NCBI RefSeq assembly: GCF_009914755.1
Contig: NC_060934.1
Direction: 5' to 3' (one strand)
Length of the DNA stretch: 64,000 nt
From: the human T2T-CHM13v2.0 reference genome, Homo sapiens
How positions within the stretch are numbered: the stretch's first letter is position 1; every line of letters starts with the position of its first letter. A program made the translations under genes and the position numbers. Positions 30,556-49,683 of this stretch are shown piece after piece. Under the pieces are notes generated by a model that saw nothing but the letters and a program-made list of their open reading frames with translations, was not told where the DNA came from and ran no database searches.

Positions 30556-31283
30556 CAGGAGAGCAAGAATAATACCATTTTCAATGTCTGTCCAATGATA
30601 TCCACAGTAAATAACATTGAACTGTTTTGGAGAATACATTAAAATTTGTATATGGATAAAAAGGTGCACTGGAGATTTGTTTTCCTTCTTTTTCAATTAA
30701 CTTTTAAATATGTATTTCATGTGTCTATGGAGCCAGAAGGAATAATTTTTTAATAGCTAAGTACTTTGAATTAGATGTGATTTTTCCTTTATTTCACTTT
30801 ATTCAAACAGAATTCTTACCTTATTGGAACTTGCTTGTGATTTTTCAGAGAGAGATTGTTTCCGCAAATCTGAGTTGATGATTAGGGTAAAGAAGAATTG
30901 CTCCGAAAATGTCAATCAAACAGAGGAAGTTTATTCTCCAGTTTGACTTTCCACACCCACTATGAGACTCACAGCTTTCTAAAATAACAATGATAATTAC
31001 TGTTGTTGTTACCAACGTTGTGAGCTGGTACAGAACAATTTTTAAATGTTAATTCCTGTGTTGGGTCATCAGCACTTCATCTTTCTCTTTCAAAGCTTGT
31101 AACCCTTAATTGAGCAGCCTTCTCAGGAAAATAAGCCCACGTGATGGATTATGCTCTAGTCTCAGAGACATCAAAAGGAGAAATGAAAGAGACAAGGCCA
31201 CACATGGCCCTGTTGTAAGCTTTCCCCTATTGCATTGTACACATCAGATAACTAAATTTTCAAAAATAAAAATATGTGATGTA

Positions 31284-31590
<307 letters not shown>

Positions 31591-32296
31591 AAAAATAGGT
31601 GTTGTCTTGAAGATTTTGAAACCAAATTTAAATTATAAATCTCCCTGTTGTCTCTACATTTGTTTGGGCTTTTGGGGACTTAATAGCATAATACATACTT
31701 TCATTTAATAACTGCATTTCCAAATCAGATCTCCTAACATCATTGAATTATTTCTCCAGGCCCCCTCACTTTGAAGAAAGGTCCCTGTTCAGTACTGGAG
31801 ACATATTCCAAAGGTTTACTAGTTTCTATATAGCTGCAGAAACACAGACTCCTTTTGTTTTAATCAAACGTGCTCATTACTGTGTTATGTGAACTTTGTC
31901 AACTTATAAGCTCTTAGTGGACAACAATATTTTGCTCTTCTACCTCTAAAGCTCATGAAAGAACTTCCAAAATGTTTGTCAAATGAATAGCTTCAAATCA
32001 TCTATATCATAATTTCACTTTGACACTTTTGAGTTCTTGGGGGAAAAGCAAGTAGCCTAGTTACTATTCTCCAGTAATCCTTAGTTAATAGACCAGCTCT
32101 GAAGGGATCATGGGAAATTAACTAACAACTTGAGAAAGATAGGAGATGATGGTTACATGCTATTTCAATGAGTATTTAAATCGCACCTTGGAGTTGCTTC
32201 CAAGATGGCCAAATAGGAACAGCTCTGGTCTACAGCTCCCAGCAAGATTGACACAGAAGATGGGTGATTTCTGCATTTCCAACCGAGGTACATGGT

Positions 32297-32629
32297 TCAT
32301 CTCATTGGGACTGACTGGACAGTGGGTACAGCCCATGGAGGGTGAGCCAAAGCAGAGCAGGGAGTCACCTCACCCGGGAAGCACAAGGGGTCAGGGGATT
32401 TCCCTTTCCTAGCCAAGGGAAGCCATAAGTGACTGTACCTGGAGGAACAGTACACTCCTGCCCAAATACTGTGCTTTTCCCATGGCCTTAGCAACCGGAA
32501 GACCAGGAGATTCCCTCCCGTGCCTGGCTCACTGGGTCCCACGACCACGGATCCTTGCTCGCTGCTAGCGCAGCCATCTGAGATCAACCTGGGACACTGG
32601 AGCTTGGCAGGGGGAGGGGCATCCACTAT
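32297..32629 (-). pseudogene. L1 ORF0-homologous antisense frame (ATG mutated to ATA)
   Basis: Peptide DAPPPAKL..LISDGCAS..SVVVGPSEPG..EKHSIWAGV aligns with recalled ORF0 MAGAPPPASL..LISDCCAS..SVGVGPSEPG..EKRNIRVGV. Confidence 0.75.
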
Positions 32630-33211
32630 TGCTGAGGCTTGAGTAGGCAGTTGAGTATGCTCACAGTGTAAACAAAGCAGCAGGGAAGCTCAAACTGGGT
32701 GGAGCCCACCACAGCTCAGCAAGTCCTACTGCCTCTCTAGATTCCACCTGTGGGGGTAGGGCATATATGAACAAAAGGCAACAGACAGCTTCTGCAGACT
32801 TAAATGTCCCTGCCTGATGGCTCTGCAGAGAGCAGTGGTTCTCCCAGCATGGGGTTTGAGCTCTGATAACGGACAGACTGCCTCCTCAAGTTGGTCCCTG
32901 ACCCCTGTGTAACCTGACTAGGAGACACCTCCCAGTAGGGGCCGACAGACACCTCATACAGGCAGGTGTCCCTCTGGGATGAAGCTTCCATAGGAAGGAT
33001 CAGGCAGCAATATTTGCTGTTCTGAAGCCTCCGCTGGTGATACCCAGGCAAACAGGGTCTACAGTGGACCTGCAGCAAACTCCAACAGACCTGCAGCTGT
33101 TAGAAGGAAAACTAACAAACAGAAAGAAGTATCAACAGAAAGGACATTCACACCAAAACCCCATCTGTAGGTGACCAACGTCAAAGACCAAAGGGAGATA
33201 AAACCACAAAG

Positions 33212-34207
33212 ATGGAGAGATACCACAGTAGAAAGGCTGACAATTCCAAAACCAGAGCACGTCTTCTCCTCCAAAGGAACAAAACTGGACAGAGAATGAG
33301 TTTGACAAGTTGACAGAAGTAGGCTTCAGAAGGTTGGTAATAATGAACATCTCTGAGCTAAAAAAGCATATTCTAACCCATCTCAAGGAAGCTAAAAACC
33401 TTGAAAAAAGGTTAGACGAATGGCTAACTAGAATAACCAGTGTAGAGAAGAGCTTAAATGAACTGATGGAGCTGAAAACCACAGTACAAGAACGTTGTGA
33501 AGCATACACAAGTTTCAATAGCCAATTTGATCAAGCAGGAGAAAGGATATCAATGATTGAAGATAAAATTAATGAAATAAAGTGAGAAGACAAGATTAGA
33601 GAAAAAAGAATGAAAAGAAATGAACAAAGCCTCCAAGAAATATGGGACTATGTGAAAAGACAAAATCTATATTTGATTGTTGTACCTGAAAGTGACAGGG
33701 AGAATGGAACCAAGTTAGAAAACACTCTTCAGGATATTATCCAGGAGAACTTCCCCAATCTAGCAAGGCAGACCAACATTCAAATTCAGAAAATACAGAG
33801 AACACCTCAAAGATACTCCTCAAGAAGAGCAACCCCAAGGCACATAATTATCAGATTCACCAAGGTTGAAATGAAGGAAAAAATGTTAAGGACAGCCAGA
33901 GAGAAAGGTTGGGTTACCCACAAAGGGAAGCCCATCAGACTAACAGCGGATCTCTCGGCAGAAACCCTAAAAGCCAGAAGACAGTGGGGGCCAATAGTCA
34001 ACATTCTTAAAGAATTTTCAACCCAGAATTTCATATCCAGCCAAACTAAGCTTCATAAGTGAAGGAGAAATAAAATCCTTTACAGACAAGCAAGTGCTGA
34101 GAGATTTTGTCACCACCAGGCCTGCCTTACAAGAGCTCCTGAAGGAAGCACTAAACATGGAAAGGAACAACCAGTACCAGACACTGCAAAAATATGGCAA
34201 ATTGTAA
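33212..34207 (+). pseudogene. L1 ORF1p remnant
   Basis: Coiled-coil/RRM peptides (NLEKRLDEWLTRI; EIWDYVKR; RATPRHIIIRF); TGA at 33583 and frameshifts. Confidence 0.95.
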
Positions 34208-34269
34208 AGACCATTGACGCTATGAAGAAACTGCATCAATTAACAGGTGAAATAACCAGCTAGCATCAT

Positions 34270-38061
<3,792 letters not shown>

Positions 38062-38264
38062 ACAATGGGAACACATGGAGACAGGGAGGGGAACATCACA
38101 CATTGGGGCGTGTTGGAGGGTGGAGGGCTGGGGGAGGGATAGCGTTAGGAGAAATAACTAATGTAAATGACGAGATGATGGGTGCTGCAAACCAACATGG
38201 CACATGTATACCTATGTAATAAATCTGCACATTGTGCACATGTATCCTAGAACTTAAAGTATAA

Positions 38265-38317
<53 letters not shown>

Positions 38318-39129
38318 AAATAGCATCTTGGCTATTCTTGACATTAGTCACTTTTTCCCATGTCAAATATAAGATCTGGAGTGAGATATCACTTTTCTCT
38401 CCCTAGACATAAGTATCCTGACATAAGTATCCTGAGACAAGAATGTCTTTGAGTGACTCACAATTACTGAATTTATTTATCTAGTTTTCAACAAATATCT
38501 ACTGAGCATCATGGATAAGCCTGGGATGTTATGTGTGTAAGTTCTTTGTCATAGGTATTATTATTTTATGGAGAAGGTATCTCTAACCTGTGGTGCTATC
38601 ATTATGAGGGATCCAACAAAGGTCCCTTTCTATGTAGAGTAAATAGAGTGTTGGCTTATTTGAGATATTAATATGTCCTTTAAAATCAGCTAAGGATAAG
38701 AATGTTCCTTTGAGTAGGAAACCCAAAGGGAGCTGAAGAAGTTCAAGTAGGCAATAGAGTTAAAATTAGATGTTTATGCTCAAATGATTTAGAAGTAAAA
38801 TGAACAACTGACAAACTTTTATGTGGCAGGAAATAAAGTGGAGCAGTCTCACAGGGTAATCCTTTGCTGGGAATGAAAATAATCCAAGAATGGCCCTATA
38901 AAGATGTCCTAAGTTCAAAGCCTACCTTGCATTTACAGTAGCAGCAGGACCTTCATACTGTATAAGCTTAACTAATTGTATGACTTCCTTATTTTATATC
39001 TTTTCCATCGTTACTTAGCATTAAAAAAAAATTCATTTTGAAAACAGCAGCCTCTTGTGAATGTGCTAGTAGTAGGACAGAAAAGAGCAGGGCATGATGA
39101 TGGAAATAAAAATCAAAGAACAAAAAACC

Positions 39130-39282
39130 CTGTACTTACCTGGGTGGCATGTTACAAATTCATATTCCTAGGCCTCCCTCCAGACATACTAAATCAGAAT
39201 TCATGGAGACAACCCAGAAATTATTATTTTTAAACAGCATGATGAGTGATTCTTGAAGTCACTAAATGTTGATCCTTCTGCC
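39130..39282. mobile_element. MER5-like MITE
   Basis: ccagacatactaaatcagaat...ttttaaacagc...gtgattct. Confidence 0.65.
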
Positions 39283-39519
39283 TAAGGGGACAATGACATC
39301 ATCTTCATCATCTTCCCTTTCCACTCAAAGTGTCATTACACTAGACATGTAACTCTGCCAAGTACTCTAGATTCAATGTTTTCATTACAAAAATATATTT
39401 GTTTCCTCTTGGGACTTTTTCAATGAACTTTAATTTCACCACATTCTTTTAATTAGTAAGGAGAGGTCATTCAAAACATCAGAAAAATAAATTTCTACAA
39501 CTCTTTATTTAGCCCACAT

Positions 39520-39820
39520 ATACTTACCTTTTGACATTCAATTCAGTTGTCAACTTTTCCCGGAATCTTTCCCTTATATCGCAGCCCAGTTCAGTCTAAA
39601 TTAGGTGTTCTTCCTCTATATTATTAGAATACCTTATATTTAACACTGAGACACTGTGGTGGAATTATCTATTTACATGTCTGTTTCCTAAGCCAAACCT
39701 TCTTCAAATCAGATCTCACATTACTTGTCATTCATATTTTTCCAGCATCTCAACCAGGACTTAGAATATGATAAGTGCTCAATAGATTTTGGTTGAAAAC
39801 AAACATGTATGCATGAATAA
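39520..39820 (+). mobile_element. L2 3' fragment
   Basis: attatctatttacatgtctgtttcc...ataagtgctcaatagatt. Confidence 0.6.
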
Positions 39821-40294
39821 ATACATGAAAATATGGTTCTGAAAGAAGCATTGAACCAAGCAAACCTGAAATTACAATTTTAGGAACTAAAGTTTTATAG
39901 TTTACTTGACACTTAAGGACACAGACTTATCTGGGAAACAGTTCAGATTACCTGGCTGTAGAACTTTGAGAAAATGAAACCTAATACTTATGTTGCCACC
40001 ACACTATTTCCCAAAGCAATTGAAGGGAATAGCTAAACCCTATTATTTTTTTCATTGGTTCTAAGATGACTAATGTCTTCAGTGTTTTACCAACCTCAGC
40101 AACTAACAGATGTTTTTTCACTAAATGGGTTTACTATTTGCCATGCAATGTACAGACTGAAAATACAATTAACCAACCTGAAAACTATAGAGTAATGAAA
40201 GAACCCAAGAAATGGGGGAAGAAACAGAATTATTAGACTTTCAAAGGCTATTTGTGCTCTTGGAGCATCGTGTCTTGCCAAGTAAGAGGAAAGA

Positions 40295-40390
40295 ATATAT
40301 ATATATATATATCACCATACACACACATACACAGACATATATATATTATGTATATAGCAGTACATTTAACTATACATAACACATACATTT
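40295..40390. repeat. (TA)n/(CA)n degenerate microsatellite
   Basis: Direct reading. Confidence 0.85.
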
Positions 40391-41409
40391 AAGAAAAACA
40401 AAGTGTTTTCCCCAGTGCTGAGGTTATTATATTTGTTTTTACATGGGTTAGATTGTGCTGTGAGAGAGCAAGTTTGCAATGAAAGGACAACTTTCTCAGC
40501 TCATTTCCAATGGGTTGCCTCAGAGTCACCAGCTTAGCCACTAATAACTCCTAGTCTAGTTGCTTTTCCACAAATCACCAATTCAAAGTAGTCTCTCATT
40601 GCTCTAAGTACAGCAGAAGAAAACAAAACAGATTTCCCAGCACCAATATGCTGAAATAAGTGAGATAGAGATTGGCTCACAGTGGCTCCTTGAATAAATT
40701 CATAAACAAAGAATGTTTTTGAAGGATCAAACTGAGAACAATGATAACAGCTTATGTTAGCCACCTAGGTAAGGACTGACATTGAAAGAGTCTAGTTTTT
40801 CTGTTTCTATTTTGTGTGTGCATGTTGCGGGGAGGGTGTACACACAATTTAAACACTTTCAAGCTACACATAGTGTCCCTGGTTTTTCTAGAAAATTGCT
40901 TAACAGAAACAATCCAAGGCTTAAGGGAATCTCCCTTTTTCTGCCACTCTAGTTTGAAGAACCAAAATTAACTTATACACTATTAGCTTTAAAACATGTA
41001 TCCCTCTTCTGAGATTTCCTCCTTAAATTGAAAACTTTTACCCTAGAATGAAACAGGATTACAGCTCTCCATTGGAGCCAATCTGTAGACCTTGGGGTCA
41101 GGAAGCCTCCTGTTAGCGAAGAGTCTCAGGAGGCCTTCTCTAAACTTTTCTAAACTGATAATGTGAAAATGGGTGCCCTGACATGAATCAATGTCATTAA
41201 AAGACCAGGAAGCCATGGAGGTAAGCTAACATTCACCATACCTGTAAACCACACCATGCAAAGTGTGGTTAATCATACCCCCAAAAAGAAGGCAGCTGAG
41301 CAGCTCTGGCAGCATCATTGATGAGCCCAATGCCTCCTTCTTCATAAACATCCCCCCTTTTTTTTTTTTAGCATTCAATAGTTACACTGAAAGTTAAAGA
41401 TGACTTTAT

Positions 41410-42110
41410 TAATAATAGTAATAATTATTGTAGGGCTTTTTAATTGTCAGGTACAATGCTAACTTTTATATATTATCTCATTGAATCTTCTCAAACTATA
41501 CAGAAGCTAGTTTTACTTTTCTGGGTTTTTTTTCATTTTTTACTTTATTTTTCATTGAAAAAATAATACATGCAAATAATAAAATTTCAAATACAACAAA
41601 GAGGAATACAATAAAATATGACGTTTTTTACTCTGGTTTTCCAGATGACTTCCACAGAAGAATCATTATAACCAATTTCTTGGTCATTCTTTCAGAAACA
41701 ATCTACATATATAAATCTGCAAGAAAATATATCATTTTTCAAGGCAATGGGTAGATATTATGGACTATCTTACACAAGTCTTGTTTTGTACTTAACTGTT
41801 TATATTGAACATTTTGCCTCATTGACACATGAAGCCTTACCAGATTCACTTTAATGCCATTATAGAATAGATATACCATGATTTATTTAATCCTGTCCTC
41901 TTGATGAATACCCAGCACAGTAATAATTCATGAACAGAAACAACCTAAGTTTTTTGTGTATTAGCTAGTTTAATCCTCATAATTAGCTCAATGAGATAAG
42001 TGTTATTATTAACTTCATTTTATAGATGGGGAGCAGAGTCTTAAAAGAAGTTGGTCATGTGCCTGAGGTGACAGAGCTAGGGTTTAGAACCTGTGTACTT
42101 AACAATAATG
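41410..42110 (-). mobile_element. MIR fragments flanking an L1ME fragment
   Basis: tattatctcattgaatctt; cattttatagatggggagcagagtc...gtgacagagctag. Confidence 0.55.
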
Positions 42111-43035
42111 CTGAGCATCCTTTGATTTGTTTATTTGTTTATTTTGCTTATTTTTTCTCTGTCTCTCCTCTTTTTTATTCTTTTTATCACTTCTCCCCAC
42201 GGCCTCCCAACTGCATACAAATACTTCCAGATATTTTCTCTTCTTTCTCCCTTGCTTATTGGTCAAGTACACTGGCAGAGCACAGTTACATTAAGCTCAG
42301 AGTGAATGGATTCACAAATATCAAAGCAAAAGCTCCTCCTTGAAATGAAATTATGTTGGTAAAGGTTCCATCATGCCTTCCTGAGAAATTATGCTGAAGT
42401 ACTGTGTTCGCAATAGAAGGAACTGCCTGAATCTACAAGGCTGATTTCCACACACACTCCTCTTTCTCCTCCTCCTCTTTTCTCTCCTTCTCCTATTTTC
42501 TTCCTCTTATTTTTCCTTTATATTCTTCTTCTTGTAACTGTCTTTAGTTCTGGTCAATACTATATAACAAATAAATATCTGTGATTCATGTTAAAATAAG
42601 ATACAGAAGCACACAAGCATCTTATCAATATATGTTCAACTTCTTCTTCATCCCTAATCAAACCACTAAGTTGTTTGTATTGTGTTTTGTTGTTTTGTTT
42701 CATTTGTTGACTAGTTTGTTTTTTCTGAAGATGTCAGGCCCAGTCTGTTCATATCCAAAGCCTTTGCTTTTTACCCTGCTCTGTCATGTCACCATCCTAG
42801 CATTACCTGCGACTGGCTGATAACTGGTTTCAATGCTTCCAGAATGGCCCTGCCCTATACACATAGCGGTAAGAAATCTGTACATCACGTTCTGCATTAT
42901 ACCTCTGATTTTCCTGTCCATGACACATAGAACAATGCGCTCTCATCAAAGGAGCCAGATTGGACAAGAAGAGTCTGAGTAGAAATCTGGAAATGTGATA
43001 AAGCATAGTATTAACAGCAATAAGAAAGACTGATA

Positions 43036-43352
43036 GGCTGGGGGCGGTGGTTCAGGCCTGTAATCCCAGCACTTTGGGAGGCTGAGGCAAGCGGATCACC
43101 TGAGGTCAGGAGTTTGAGACTAGCCTGACTAACATGGGGAAACCCCGTATCTACTAAAAATACAAAATTAGCCGGGTGTGGTGTCGCATGCCTGTAATCC
43201 CAGCTACTCAGGAGGCTGAGGCAGGAGAATCGCTTGAACCCAGGAGGCAGAGAATGCAGTAAGCCAAGATCACGCCACTGTACTCCAGCCTGGGCGACAA
43301 GAGAAAGACTTCGTCTCAAAAAGGGAAAAAAAAAAAAAAAGAAAAAGAAAAA
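43036..43352 (+). mobile_element. AluSp/Sq
   Basis: TSD aagaaagactgata / aaggaagactgata; gcgacaagag diagnostic. Confidence 0.94.
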
Positions 43353-43414
43353 AAGGAAGACTGATAATGATAATGTTGTTGTCCACTTGCTATGTGCCAG
43401 AGTGTTTATGTGAA

Positions 43415-43868
43415 TGTATTCGTTTGCTAGAGATGCCATAACAAAGTACTATAAACTAGGTGGCCAAACAGCACAAATTCATTGTCTCACAGTTCTAGAG
43501 ACTAGAAGTCTAAGATCAATGTGTTGGCAGGGTGAGTTCTTTTGAGAGCTGATGGGAGCAACTTTACCATTTTTCTGTCCTGGCTTTCAGGGGCTTAATG
43601 GCAATCTGTAGCATCCCTTGGCTTATGAATACATTACCCTGATCTCTGTCTTCATGTTCATATGTTCGTCCTGTATACTTGCCTCTGTGTCCAGATTTTT
43701 CTTTTTATAAGAACACCAGTTATATTGGATTAGAGTCTGCCTTAATAACTCGCTTTAATTTTATTATTTCTGTAGAGACTCTGTTTCCAAATACAGTCAC
43801 ATTCTGAGGTGTCAGTCTGATAGGGCTTCAATATCTCTTTTTTCTGGCACACAATTCAATCCATAACA
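43415..43868 (-). mobile_element. MLT1B/C LTR inserted in a MIR
   Basis: TGTATT...ccataaCA ends; TSD gtgaa / gtgta; MIR resumes at about 43870-44050. Confidence 0.88.
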
Positions 43869-44086
43869 GTGTATTACCTCATTTAATTTTCATCACTGCT
43901 GTTCACTATCATGAACTATCTCCCAGACTTAAAAAAAAAAAAAAAAAGAATATTGAGGCTAAGAGAGTTATATAATTTACCAAAGGTCACAGAAATAGAA
44001 CATGGCAGGGCTCAGATTTGAATCCACAGCCTGAGTCCCTACCCACCATGTTCTATTGTCTCTATGTATCATAGTTTTCTCTAAAG

Positions 44087-44619
44087 CAGAGGTCCCCAAA
44101 CCCCAGGCCACAGACTAGTACCCATCCATGGCTTGTTAGGAACTGGGCTGCACAGCAGGAGGTGAGTGGCAGGCAAGTGAGTGAAGCATCATCTGTATTT
44201 AGAGTTGCTCCCCATCCCTTGCTCGCCTTACTACCTGAGTGCTGCCTCCCATCAGATCAGCAATCAGCAGCGGCATTAGAGTCTCATAGGAGCGAGAACC
44301 CTATTGTGAACTGTGCATGAGAGGGATCTAGGTTGTACATTCCTTTTGAGATTCTAATGCCTGATGATCTATCACTGTTTCCCATTACCCCCAGATGGGA
44401 CCATCTAGTTGCAGGAAAACATGCTCAGGGCTCCCACTGATTCTAGATCATGGTGAGTTGTATTATTATGTCATTATATATTACAATGTAGTAATAATAG
44501 AAATACAGTTCACAATAATTGAAATGTGCTTGAATCATCCCAAAATCCCCAACCTGGTCCATGGAAAAATTATCTTCCATGAAACTGGTCCCTGATGCCA
44601 TAAAGGTTGGGGACCACTG
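44087..44619. mobile_element. MER1A (hAT-Charlie)
   Basis: Terminal repeats cagaggtcccca / tggggaccactg; 8-bp TSD ctctaaag / ctttaaag; 533 bp. Confidence 0.93.
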
Positions 44620-44944
44620 CTTTAAAGCATGGCTTTGGCAGTGCTAATGAATAGTTTCTATTACAGCATCACCAGTACGAGCAATGATGTCTCTACACCA
44701 ACTGCCTAAATCTCCAGCTAACATAAACACCACGCATTAATCTTATCTATTTATTTCAGAGATAAGATTGTGAGTGATTGCTGCAAAAGGGCATTTGCTC
44801 TTATCTACCATGACAGGAGGAAGAATTATGCCTTTGTCTCTAAATGCAAACTGACTTGATGAGCAAACTATTTCACCACGCAATACTGTTTTGTGGCAAT
44901 TGTGTGTCATCTTTGATATGGGTGTGTCTAACGAAAAGCTTCTT

Positions 44945-45420
44945 GCCAACCTTCCCTTTATTTTTAGGACAAAGTCTCAGGTCCTAAATGTGACTTCCAA
45001 AAATTGGCTTCATTTTCCAGACTCATCTCCAGCACCTAATAATATGTGTGATCTCCATAAATATCATGTTTTCCTTTTAACATGGCATTGCCAGAAATGT
45101 TCTCCCACCCTATAATGTCTTCCCTATCCTTTGAATAACCCAAATCCTAGCTAAAGCCCAATCACCATTTCAGATGGGTCTCTGGTGTTACCTCTTCCAG
45201 AATGAATTTCCTGACCATCCCCACACTCCTAAAGCTAGGGTGAGTGCCCTTCCTCAGAACCTACTCTGAGCATCTCTCACAGTTTATTGACCAGATTCAG
45301 GTCCGTCAGCTTTTCTGCATCTTTTACTTGGTTAAAAGGATCTTGAGGGCAGGGTCCATGTTTGGATCTGAGGACCAGGTGTTCTGTATGTAGTAGGAGA
45401 TCAGTGCTAAATAAATATTA
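44945..45420 (+). mobile_element. L2 fragment
   Basis: taggacaaagtc, ttacctcttccagaa...ttcctgacc, cttgagggcagggtccatgt. Confidence 0.65.
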
Positions 45421-45773
45421 TAAAAACTAGACTGAACTTGAGTTCCTATTGATACTAGCATCTCCGAAAATCTAAAAATGATTTTACCTTCAAGACAGTC
45501 AAAAATACTTGTTGTCTAATCAAGGGAAACAGAAGGTGACTTGACTCCAGTTATAGATTTAGCAAAGGCAAATTTGACAACAGGAAGAAATGGGGGAATA
45601 TTTTATGGCAGCTAATCTTAAACTTTATTGCGCATAAAATTCAGATTCCTCATTTACTGTAGTAGCTCTGAGGTGGAAAAAGAATTTTCCCATCTTAATA
45701 GGCATCAGGAATGACTCCTAGGAACACTAAAATCTGAGAATAAGTGCTGTAGGTCTTACAATAAAATCAATAA

Positions 45774-46162
<389 letters not shown>

Positions 46163-48757
46163 TAGTGTTATAATTTAAAACAAGGGCAAATTCATAAGTC
46201 ATTCCATCTCCCCAGCTGTCTCTCTGTCACAGGTCTTTACTTTTCTTTGATTAGAGCCCAGTTAAGTCATTTCTTCCACTTCTTATTCAGTACAAAGACT
46301 TCCCTAAAAATTTGAGTTTCATTATCTAATTACACGTCATGGGGCTGTGACTGAGAAACTCATCTCAGGTCACCTTATTAAGGCTTTTGAAAATAAAGAA
46401 GAGCTATAGCTGAAGTCATGAAGTTTGTGACAAAGCAGGTAATTCATGACAGCAACACTCCCCATCTCTAAATACCCCTGTTTCTAAGTTTGCACTTAAA
46501 AAAGGAAATTTTAGATTTTCCTTTTTAAAATGTAAACTTATTCTCAGCCTTGACTGAAAAGTACCATAAGCAAAGATATAAGAGCATTTGTTTAGATAGC
46601 ACCATGACAAAAAAAGAAATCTGACCTTGTGATGGCCAAACTAAGTTTCCATATCTTAAATGCCCTACAAATTCTCTATCTTTCCAGAGCATTAAAATAA
46701 TCAAATTTATGCCCCGGAGGAGGGAGATGGCCATAAAGTCAAAGTGCTGTGTGAAATCTCAGGCCTCAGGGGACTGCCTGTCTTTTGTGGTGTACTAGTT
46801 TTATCATGTTAACAAATCACCTAGTACTTACTCCAGGTCAGTGATATTATCTGAGAGGAATTTCACATCCATAGAATTTCAGAGAATTAGGAGCTCTAAC
46901 AGTCTTCCTGGCTATACGTCTAAAGTAAAATGAGTGAGTTTTCAGGAACTGAAAACATCTTTGGCAATGAATATAACCCGGATGAAAGATTAAAGTCTAC
47001 CAAAAAAACATGTTGGCCCCATACCCACAGACTTCATAACTACTCCAAGAACTTCTGTCAAAACTCTGGTGCAGCAAGCTGGCTCTCCTCACCCTCTCAA
47101 AGCTGTGTATTTATCCCTTGATACAGAATGCTGGGGAGCTCTCCACGGTAGATTTATGGACTTCTACCCACTTAAGACTGAATGAAATATCATCAAGATT
47201 ATTAAGAATTATGGCTTGATGGTTGCAGTAGTTCTAAAGAAGTGAATGTAACCTATACAAAGCAAAAATCAAAAGGATGAACATCTGAGTTAGCTGAGAG
47301 CAACAAAGAGACTTCTTAGTAATAAACTAAATGAACAGATCCATTTGTTGATATTGAGCATTTCCTATGTGCCAGGACCTTCCTTTATATGCATTAACTC
47401 TCTTAACCCTTGGAGGGGCCCTAGGAGTGGACATTTTCACCAGCCTCCTTTTGCTTCAAGGCTCAACCTGCCGAGCATCACACTAGCAGCAGAACTGTGC
47501 ATCCTGCCTCTGGTGGGTGCCTCCTTCGCCCCATCTCCTCCACAGTAAAAGAACAGTGAAAAGTGGGTCTTGATTATCACGAGATCACTGATGGAAGTTA
47601 CAAACTGTCCATTCTATTTACAAAAGACCCTGAATGAGCTTGAGTTAGGAATGGAGGTGGAGAAAAAGAACAACTGCCGTCAAAGTCAATGTAAGCTATT
47701 TTGAGCTTTAAAATCATTTGCACTCTTAAAGCTTTTCCTCGCTTCCTATATTCAGAGCAGTATCTTTAGTTGTGAGTTTTGACAGAAGCCCAGTGAGCCA
47801 AAATCCTGTTACAGCAATTGCTCTGGAGCCATTTCTACACTGACTGGAACCATGGGGCACTGAACATAACCTATTCATAAGCAGTGAAAATTGAGCTGTT
47901 TATTGTTTAAAATCAACAGTGATAGCTTATCAAAATTTGCCATTGTGACACATGAATGGTGTATTTCTAGGGTCCTTACATTTGTTTCCTTGAATTAAAA
48001 TTCACTAGAGCCTATTCCAAATGCTAATAGTGGGTAGTGAATTGTTTTTTAAGTACAATTATTTAAAAAAGAGTAAATGTTCATTATTCTCATCACGTGA
48101 GACAAAGAATGCTAATACCCTCTACATTTCAGACTTTTAATGATGGATGCGTTCATCAAATTGTGACTGTTTCCTTTAAAAATCTGGTATGGGAACTACT
48201 CCTAAAGAATTGAAAGGTTTCTCTGTCCATTCTAGTACTGGATAAATGAAACCCAAAGCTTGCTGATATAGATCAGTTTTTCAAATTACAATCAGCAGCA
48301 GATAGCTTAAGTCCATCTTAAATATTTATTTTATTTTATAATAATTTAAATGGATTTAATTGACTTTTATTTGTTCATTATAGTTTTTGTGAATATTTTG
48401 CTCGCTAACATTAAGGAACTACTAAATTTATGTTTAGCCTTCCACTTCCACCAAACATACGTTCCTTCACAGAATTAAAAACCGCATTGTTGTAGTTTGT
48501 TTCAGAAGGTATTTTGGGAGATTTCAGATTTAAAGACATATGGCTGATCCTCTACAATATATTTGGGTAGAGTAAATTGGAATTTTAAAACTTAAAGAAA
48601 CATGAAAATTCATCTAATTCAGAGGTAATCAGAGTATGTTTAGCGGAATTCTGGTTATTTTGTGGAGTGGCCTCAAGTACAAAGCTAACTTACTGAGGAG
48701 TGAAGAATCAAATGATGGAAAGAACCCGAATATTTAATGTCATGGAATTTGCCCTAG

Positions 48758-49102
<345 letters not shown>

Positions 49103-49302
49103 TCTATATTTATTTCTTCACCATTTTGAGTTTCTTCAGTGGCCTCCTCAAAAGCATTCTAATTGAGATGCCTTCTAAACCTGAACTGTGCAATATGATA
49201 GCTACATTCCCCAGATGTAAGATGCATTGACCAAAGCTGAAGACATACTTTAACCTAAACCAAAACAGCTCCACTTTTCCATGAAGTGCAGCAGCAAGCC
49301 CC

Positions 49303-49304
<2 letters not shown>

Positions 49305-49346
<42 letters not shown>
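49305..49346. repeat. (CA)21 microsatellite
   Basis: Direct reading. Confidence 0.97.
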
Positions 49347-49348
<2 letters not shown>

Positions 49349-49600
49349 ACAAATTTGACTCTTTCCTCCTCTGCCTTGCTGAGGGGTCAAATAAAATTTT
49401 AAAGGGAAAGACACCAATTATCATTTGAGTTCTGAACCTCAATATAAGGACTGTCAAATTAAAACACAGAAAACTGGAAGCAGTGTAAGGTTTTCCCCAA
49501 TATATTCCTCAGGATGATACAAGGATTGGCTATTAGTTCTCTTAACTTGCAATCTAACGTCAATATCATACAATGTTTTGTTTGTCTTGGTCCTAGATCT

Positions 49601-49602
<2 letters not shown>

Positions 49603-49682
<80 letters not shown>
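49603..49682. repeat. Compound (AG)19-CA-(TG)20 microsatellite
   Basis: Direct reading. Confidence 0.97.

Positions 49683-49683
<1 letters not shown>

Noticed and set aside
38406-38433. 14-bp tandem duplication (similar ones at 18064, 59371, 6721, 54524)
   Set aside because: Ordinary slippage-type micro-duplications
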